A stretch of DNA of 64,000 bases from Eledone cirrhosa. Lineage: Eukaryota. Position numbers and translations under genes: made by a program. The notes under the pieces were generated by a model. The model saw only the letters and a list, made by a program, of their open reading frames with translations, searched no databases and was not told where the DNA came from. Of this stretch, positions 56,294-64,000 are shown one piece after another. The first letter of the stretch is position 1, and each line of letters begins with the position of its first letter. The stretch is from NCBI GenBank assembly GCA_964016885.1, contig OZ024742.1, forward strand, positions 324,756,001 to 324,820,000. Reading direction: 5' to 3'.

Positions 56294-59200
56294 TGTCTAA
56301 TGCCATGTGCGTTTTTCACCGCTAGTTGACTCCTTTGCCGCCAGGATAAAACTCGTTGACAACGTAAACTCCATTCCACTTATTCTAGTAGGCTTTTATA
56401 TTTATATGTGAGCTGATAGAGTACTGTCTAAGGATTTACAGAAACCCATGAAGCTAGATTTAACACCTTTCTAGTGGGTCCGGGTATGATTTTACATTCA
56501 TTTAAATTATTGACGTATTGTTTTATTGATATTTTTTATCTGTTTGGCCCGAATCTTCCTTTATCGATTTTAAATCGTATGGTTGATTGTAGACTTGTTC
56601 TATATGTGACGGTATTTTAACGATAGTTATAGCTCTGATTCATCTGAATTATTGAGCCCTCTGCCGCTCATATCGGATTTCGTTTTTCGTTAACTCGTGC
56701 GCCGATTTTTCGATACTCGATCTTTCTAATATATTTAGCTCTGGACATAGCTATCCACCAGTTAATTTTATTGCTCATATTTTGTCGATTCTATTGAGTG
56801 ATGAATAGCTTTTGTTTTATTTTAACATGTCTATTGAGCACTCTAATTCGATATGTGTATTTCCACATTCACTCGAATTATTTTCGCGGATATAGGGGTC
56901 ATCTCCCTTGTCTAATGCCATGTGCGTTTTTCACCGCTAGTTGACTCCTTTGCCGCCAGGATAAAACTCGTTGACAACGTAAACTCCATTCCACTTATTC
57001 TAGTAGGCTTTTATATTTATATGTGAGCTGATAGAGTACTGTCTAAGGATTTACAGAAACCCATGAAGCTAGATTTAACACCTTTCTAGTGGGTCCGGGT
57101 ATGATTTTACATTCATTTAAATTATTGACGTATTGTTTTATTGATATTTTTTATCTGTTTGGCCCGAATCTTCCTTTATCGATTTTAAATCGTATGGTTG
57201 ATTGTAGACTTGTTCTATATGTGACGGTATTTTAACGATAGTTATAGCTCTGATTCATCTGAATTATTGAGCCCTCTGCCGCTCATATCGGATTTCGTTT
57301 TTCGTTAACTCGTGCGCCGATTTTTCGATACTCGATCTTTCTAATATATTTAGCTCTGGACATAGCTATCCACCAGTTAATTTTATTGCTCATATTTTGT
57401 CGATTCTATTGAGTGATGAATAGCTTTTGTTTTATTTTAACATGTCTATTGAGCACTCTAATTCGATATGTGTATTTCCACATTCACTCGAATTATTTTC
57501 GCGGATATAGGGGTCATCTCCCTTGTCTAATGCCATGTGCGTTTTTCACCGCTAGTTGACTCCTTTGCCGCCAGGATAAAACTCGTTGACAACGTAAACT
57601 CCATTCCACTTATTCTAGTAGGCTTTTATATTTATATGTGAGCTGATAGAGTACTGTCTAAGGATTTACAGAAACCCATGAAGCTAGATTTAACACCTTT
57701 CTAGTGGGTCCGGGTATGATTTTACATTCATTTAAATTATTGACGTATTGTTTTATTGATATTTTTTATCTGTTTGGCCCGAATCTTCCTTTATCGATTT
57801 TAAATCGTATGGTTGATTGTAGACTTGTTCTATATGTGACGGTATTTTAACGATAGTTATAGCTCTGATTCATCTGAATTATTGAGCCCTCTGCCGCTCA
57901 TATCGGATTTCGTTTTTCGTTAACTCGTGCGCCGATTTTTCGATACTCGATCTTTCTAATATATTTAGCTCTGGACATAGCTATCCACCAGTTAATTTTA
58001 TTGCTCATATTTTGTCGATTCTATTGAGTGATGAATAGCTTTTGTTTTATTTTAACATGTCTATTGAGCACTCTAATTCGATATGTGTATTTCCACATTC
58101 ACTCGAATTATTTTCGCGGATATAGGGGTCATCTCCCTTGTCTAATGCCATGTGCGTTTTTCACCGCTAGTTGACTCCTTTGCCGCCAGGATAAAACTCG
58201 TTGACAACGTAAACTCCATTCCACTTATTCTAGTAGGCTTTTATATTTATATGTGAGCTGATAGAGTACTGTCTAAGGATTTACAGAAACCCATGAAGCT
58301 AGATTTAACACCTTTCTAGTGGGTCCGGGTATGATTTTACATTCATTTAAATTATTGACGTATTGTTTTATTGATATTTTTTATCTGTTTGGCCCGAATC
58401 TTCCTTTATCGATTTTAAATCGTATGGTTGATTGTAGACTTGTTCTATATGTGACGGTATTTTAACGATAGTTATAGCTCTGATTCATCTGAATTATTGA
58501 GCCCTCTGCCGCTCATATCGGATTTCGTTTTTCGTTAACTCGTGCGCCGATTTTTCGATACTCGATCTTTCTAATATATTTAGCTCTGGACATAGCTATC
58601 CACCAGTTAATTTTATTGCTCATATTTTGTCGATTCTATTGAGTGATGAATAGCTTTTGTTTTATTTTAACATGTCTATTGAGCACTCTAATTCGATATG
58701 TGTATTTCCACATTCACTCGAATTATTTTCGCGGATATAGGGGTCATCTCCCTTGTCTAATGCCATGTGCGTTTTTCACCGCTAGTTGACTCCTTTGCCG
58801 CCAGGATAAAACTCGTTGACAACGTAAACTCCATTCCACTTATTCTAGTAGGCTTTTATATTTATATGTGAGCTGATAGAGTACTGTCTAAGGATTTACA
58901 GAAACCCATGAAGCTAGATTTAACACCTTTCTAGTGGGTCCGGGTATGATTTTACATTCATTTAAATTATTGACGTATTGTTTTATTGATATTTTTTATC
59001 TGTTTGGCCCGAATCTTCCTTTATCGATTTTAAATCGTATGGTTGATTGTAGACTTGTTCTATATGTGACGGTATTTTAACGATAGTTATAGCTCTGATT
59101 CATCTGAATTATTGAGCCCTCTGCCGCTCATATCGGATTTCGTTTTTCGTTAACTCGTGCGCCGATTTTTCGATACTCGATCTTTCTAATATATTTAGCT

Positions 59201-62200
59201 CTGGACATAGCTATCCACCAGTTAATTTTATTGCTCATATTTTGTCGATTCTATTGAGTGATGAATAGCTTTTGTTTTATTTTAACATGTCTATTGAGCA
59301 CTCTAATTCGATATGTGTATTTCCACATTCACTCGAATTATTTTCGCGGATATAGGGGTCATCTCCCTTGTCTAATGCCATGTGCGTTTTTCACCGCTAG
59401 TTGACTCCTTTGCCGCCAGGATAAAACTCGTTGACAACGTAAACTCCATTCCACTTATTCTAGTAGGCTTTTATATTTATATGTGAGCTGATAGAGTACT
59501 GTCTAAGGATTTACAGAAACCCATGAAGCTAGATTTAACACCTTTCTAGTGGGTCCGGGTATGATTTTACATTCATTTAAATTATTGACGTATTGTTTTA
59601 TTGATATTTTTTATCTGTTTGGCCCGAATCTTCCTTTATCGATTTTAAATCGTATGGTTGATTGTAGACTTGTTCTATATGTGACGGTATTTTAACGATA
59701 GTTATAGCTCTGATTCATCTGAATTATTGAGCCCTCTGCCGCTCATATCGGATTTCGTTTTTCGTTAACTCGTGCGCCGATTTTTCGATACTCGATCTTT
59801 CTAATATATTTAGCTCTGGACATAGCTATCCACCAGTTAATTTTATTGCTCATATTTTGTCGATTCTATTGAGTGATGAATAGCTTTTGTTTTATTTTAA
59901 CATGTCTATTGAGCACTCTAATTCGATATGTGTATTTCCACATTCACTCGAATTATTTTCGCGGATATAGGGGTCATCTCCCTTGTCTAATGCCATGTGC
60001 GTTTTTCACCGCTAGTTGACTCCTTTGCCGCCAGGATAAAACTCGTTGACAACGTAAACTCCATTCCACTTATTCTAGTAGGCTTTTATATTTATATGTG
60101 AGCTGATAGAGTACTGTCTAAGGATTTACAGAAACCCATGAAGCTAGATTTAACACCTTTCTAGTGGGTCCGGGTATGATTTTACATTCATTTAAATTAT
60201 TGACGTATTGTTTTATTGATATTTTTTATCTGTTTGGCCCGAATCTTCCTTTATCGATTTTAAATCGTATGGTTGATTGTAGACTTGTTCTATATGTGAC
60301 GGTATTTTAACGATAGTTATAGCTCTGATTCATCTGAATTATTGAGCCCTCTGCCGCTCATATCGGATTTCGTTTTTCGTTAACTCGTGCGCCGATTTTT
60401 CGATACTCGATCTTTCTAATATATTTAGCTCTGGACATAGCTATCCACCAGTTAATTTTATTGCTCATATTTTGTCGATTCTATTGAGTGATGAATAGCT
60501 TTTGTTTTATTTTAACATGTCTATTGAGCACTCTAATTCGATATGTGTATTTCCACATTCACTCGAATTATTTTCGCGGATATAGGGGTCATCTCCCTTG
60601 TCTAATGCCATGTGCGTTTTTCACCGCTAGTTGACTCCTTTGCCGCCAGGATAAAACTCGTTGACAACGTAAACTCCATTCCACTTATTCTAGTAGGCTT
60701 TTATATTTATATGTGAGCTGATAGAGTACTGTCTAAGGATTTACAGAAACCCATGAAGCTAGATTTAACACCTTTCTAGTGGGTCCGGGTATGATTTTAC
60801 ATTCATTTAAATTATTGACGTATTGTTTTATTGATATTTTTTATCTGTTTGGCCCGAATCTTCCTTTATCGATTTTAAATCGTATGGTTGATTGTAGACT
60901 TGTTCTATATGTGACGGTATTTTAACGATAGTTATAGCTCTGATTCATCTGAATTATTGAGCCCTCTGCCGCTCATATCGGATTTCGTTTTTCGTTAACT
61001 CGTGCGCCGATTTTTCGATACTCGATCTTTCTAATATATTTAGCTCTGGACATAGCTATCCACCAGTTAATTTTATTGCTCATATTTTGTCGATTCTATT
61101 GAGTGATGAATAGCTTTTGTTTTATTTTAACATGTCTATTGAGCACTCTAATTCGATATGTGTATTTCCACATTCACTCGAATTATTTTCGCGGATATAG
61201 GGGTCATCTCCCTTGTCTAATGCCATGTGCGTTTTTCACCGCTAGTTGACTCCTTTGCCGCCAGGATAAAACTCGTTGACAACGTAAACTCCATTCCACT
61301 TATTCTAGTAGGCTTTTATATTTATATGTGAGCTGATAGAGTACTGTCTAAGGATTTACAGAAACCCATGAAGCTAGATTTAACACCTTTCTAGTGGGTC
61401 CGGGTATGATTTTACATTCATTTAAATTATTGACGTATTGTTTTATTGATATTTTTTATCTGTTTGGCCCGAATCTTCCTTTATCGATTTTAAATCGTAT
61501 GGTTGATTGTAGACTTGTTCTATATGTGACGGTATTTTAACGATAGTTATAGCTCTGATTCATCTGAATTATTGAGCCCTCTGCCGCTCATATCGGATTT
61601 CGTTTTTCGTTAACTCGTGCGCCGATTTTTCGATACTCGATCTTTCTAATATATTTAGCTCTGGACATAGCTATCCACCAGTTAATTTTATTGCTCATAT
61701 TTTGTCGATTCTATTGAGTGATGAATAGCTTTTGTTTTATTTTAACATGTCTATTGAGCACTCTAATTCGATATGTGTATTTCCACATTCACTCGAATTA
61801 TTTTCGCGGATATAGGGGTCATCTCCCTTGTCTAATGCCATGTGCGTTTTTCACCGCTAGTTGACTCCTTTGCCGCCAGGATAAAACTCGTTGACAACGT
61901 AAACTCCATTCCACTTATTCTAGTAGGCTTTTATATTTATATGTGAGCTGATAGAGTACTGTCTAAGGATTTACAGAAACCCATGAAGCTAGATTTAACA
62001 CCTTTCTAGTGGGTCCGGGTATGATTTTACATTCATTTAAATTATTGACGTATTGTTTTATTGATATTTTTTATCTGTTTGGCCCGAATCTTCCTTTATC
62101 GATTTTAAATCGTATGGTTGATTGTAGACTTGTTCTATATGTGACGGTATTTTAACGATAGTTATAGCTCTGATTCATCTGAATTATTGAGCCCTCTGCC

Positions 62201-62257
62201 GCTCATATCGGATTTCGTTTTTCGTTAACTCGTGCGCCGATTTTTCGATACTCGATC

Positions 62258-62269
<12 letters not shown>
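56294..62269. repeat. 615-bp tandem array, about 9.7 apparently identical copies, non-coding
   Basis: tgtctaatgccatgtgcg at 56294, 56909, 57524 ... 61829; no differences seen by eye; no ORF of 60 aa or more in the track. Confidence 0.97.
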
Positions 62270-62313
<44 letters not shown>

Positions 62314-62318
<5 letters not shown>

Positions 62319-62735
62319 CATGCACACATATATATATGTACGTATGGATTCACCGAACATTTATTATAATGCTCGGTGTGTTTGTAAACAAACATCCCGA
62401 ATTAAGCCGTACAGTGTCTAGCAACCATCGTAATAAGCTTGAAACTAGTACAGCGTTCCTTTGTCAGTGTTGAACAAATGAGCAACGATGGTTGCTAGAC
62501 ACTGTACGGCTTAATTCGGGATGTTTGTTTGCAAACACACCGAGCATTATAATAAATGTTCGGTGAATCCATACGTACATATATATATATGTTTGCATGT
62601 ATGTATATATATATATATATATATATATACATACTACTGTACGTCTGTATACATATAAGTATGTACGTATACATACTTATATTTAAGTAACAGCCGTACT
62701 AAGCGTAAGAAATGAAATTTCGTTTCATTTTTGCC
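62314..62735. mobile_element. Palindromic copy of the retrozyme-like family (partial hammerhead); the distal part of its left arm lies at 56253-56293
   Basis: aagcttgaaactagtacagcgttcc...gtcagtgttgaacaaa; inverted arms ~62314-62431 / ~62485-62605; 56253-56293 is the reverse complement of ~62639-62679. Confidence 0.8.
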
Positions 62736-62787
62736 GTTTATATATATATATATGTATACCATTTAGATCGCGGTTGATTCATTTTTC

Positions 62788-63090
<303 letters not shown>

Positions 63091-63139
63091 TATATATGTA
63101 AATGTATGTATGTATATATATATATTCATGTATGTATCT

Positions 63140-63450
63140 GAAGGTGTGTGCCTTCCTGGGTAGGGAATCGGCTCACGATCGTAAGGTCATGAGTTCGATT
63201 CCTGGCGGCGCGCTGTGTCCTTGAGCAACGTATTTTATTTCAGGTCGCTCCAACTGAGTTGTACTGTAATTCGAAGGATTAGCCTTGCCTCCTTCATTGT
63301 CCCTCCAAATCTCCCTGAGAACTACGTAAAGGGTACGCGTGTTTGAGTTATGCTCAGCCACTTGCACGTTAATTTCAAGTGCAAGCAGTTCCGTTGATCG
63401 GATCAACTGGGACATTCGTCTTCGTAACCGATGGAGTACCTTCCACTCCA
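63140..63450 (+). mobile_element. tRNA-derived CORE-like SINE
   Basis: GAGTTCGATTCC B box followed by tgtgtccttgagcaa... Confidence 0.75.
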
Positions 63451-63465
63451 TGTATGTATGTGTGC

Positions 63466-63516
<51 letters not shown>

Positions 63517-63733
63517 ATAATAATAAATGGAAACTATATTTATAAAACCATATTTATTTTATTATATATATTTCAAGGCAAATTATGGTGCGCTTTCATC
63601 AGATAAAATACAGATTTGTTTTATAAATAAATATTGATACACCTGGAAAAAAAGACAACCTTAACGGTTGGAACTTCCTGGATAGTCCTGGGTATTTAAG
63701 CTTGTTGAATCCCAACAAATTAAATATAACCTC

Positions 63734-63777
<44 letters not shown>

Positions 63778-64000
63778 GATGAGTGTGTGTGTACGCATGT
63801 GTGAATAATTTACTAACATATTCAATTTATAAAACGTAACTGCTGATCTTCAAGTGATACTGGAGGGTAATCTTACAAAGGATATCAGTATTAATGGGTG
63901 TTTGTCATGAAGTCTATCTGTTACTAAACGATCTTTAGTAACTTTTGCATTCGTGCATATATAGAATGTTCTACACATAAAATATTCCTCCTCGGTAGTT

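Noticed and set aside
56294-62269. 615-bp array as a 5S rRNA, snRNA, SL-RNA or histone cluster, or as CRISPR
   Set aside because: No matching signature on either strand, no ORF, and no variable spacers.

Overview
AT-rich, microsatellite-dense animal genomic DNA. It is most likely from a coleoid cephalopod (Octopus-like), inferred from the tRNA-derived SINEs and the mix of Dong/R4, Penelope and CR1 elements. No host gene can be called confidently; only a few candidate 49-61 bp minus-strand exons are visible. Almost all long ORFs belong to retroelements: three Tx1/L1-type LINE copies (one full length, with (AAT)n on both sides), a nearly intact Dong/R4 RLE element, a CRE-like element with an N-terminal PHD finger, a CR1 fragment, and Naiad-type and Neptune-type Penelope-like elements (PLEs) with inverted pseudo-LTRs. 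There is also a Tc1/mariner-pogo MITE and many SINEs. The most interesting layer is non-coding and sits in (TA)n tracts. (1) A ~475-bp retrozyme-like unit carries a minimal type I hammerhead ribozyme in tandem and inverted copies (20.5-24.1 kb and 62.3-62.7 kb). (2) A ~517-bp circularly permuted element has no visible ribozyme. (3) A 615-bp unit is repeated ~9.7 times, apparently perfectly, inside one arm of a retrozyme-family copy (56.3-62.3 kb). Together they suggest several small non-coding elements copied from circular or multimeric RNA by PLE enzymes (inference).
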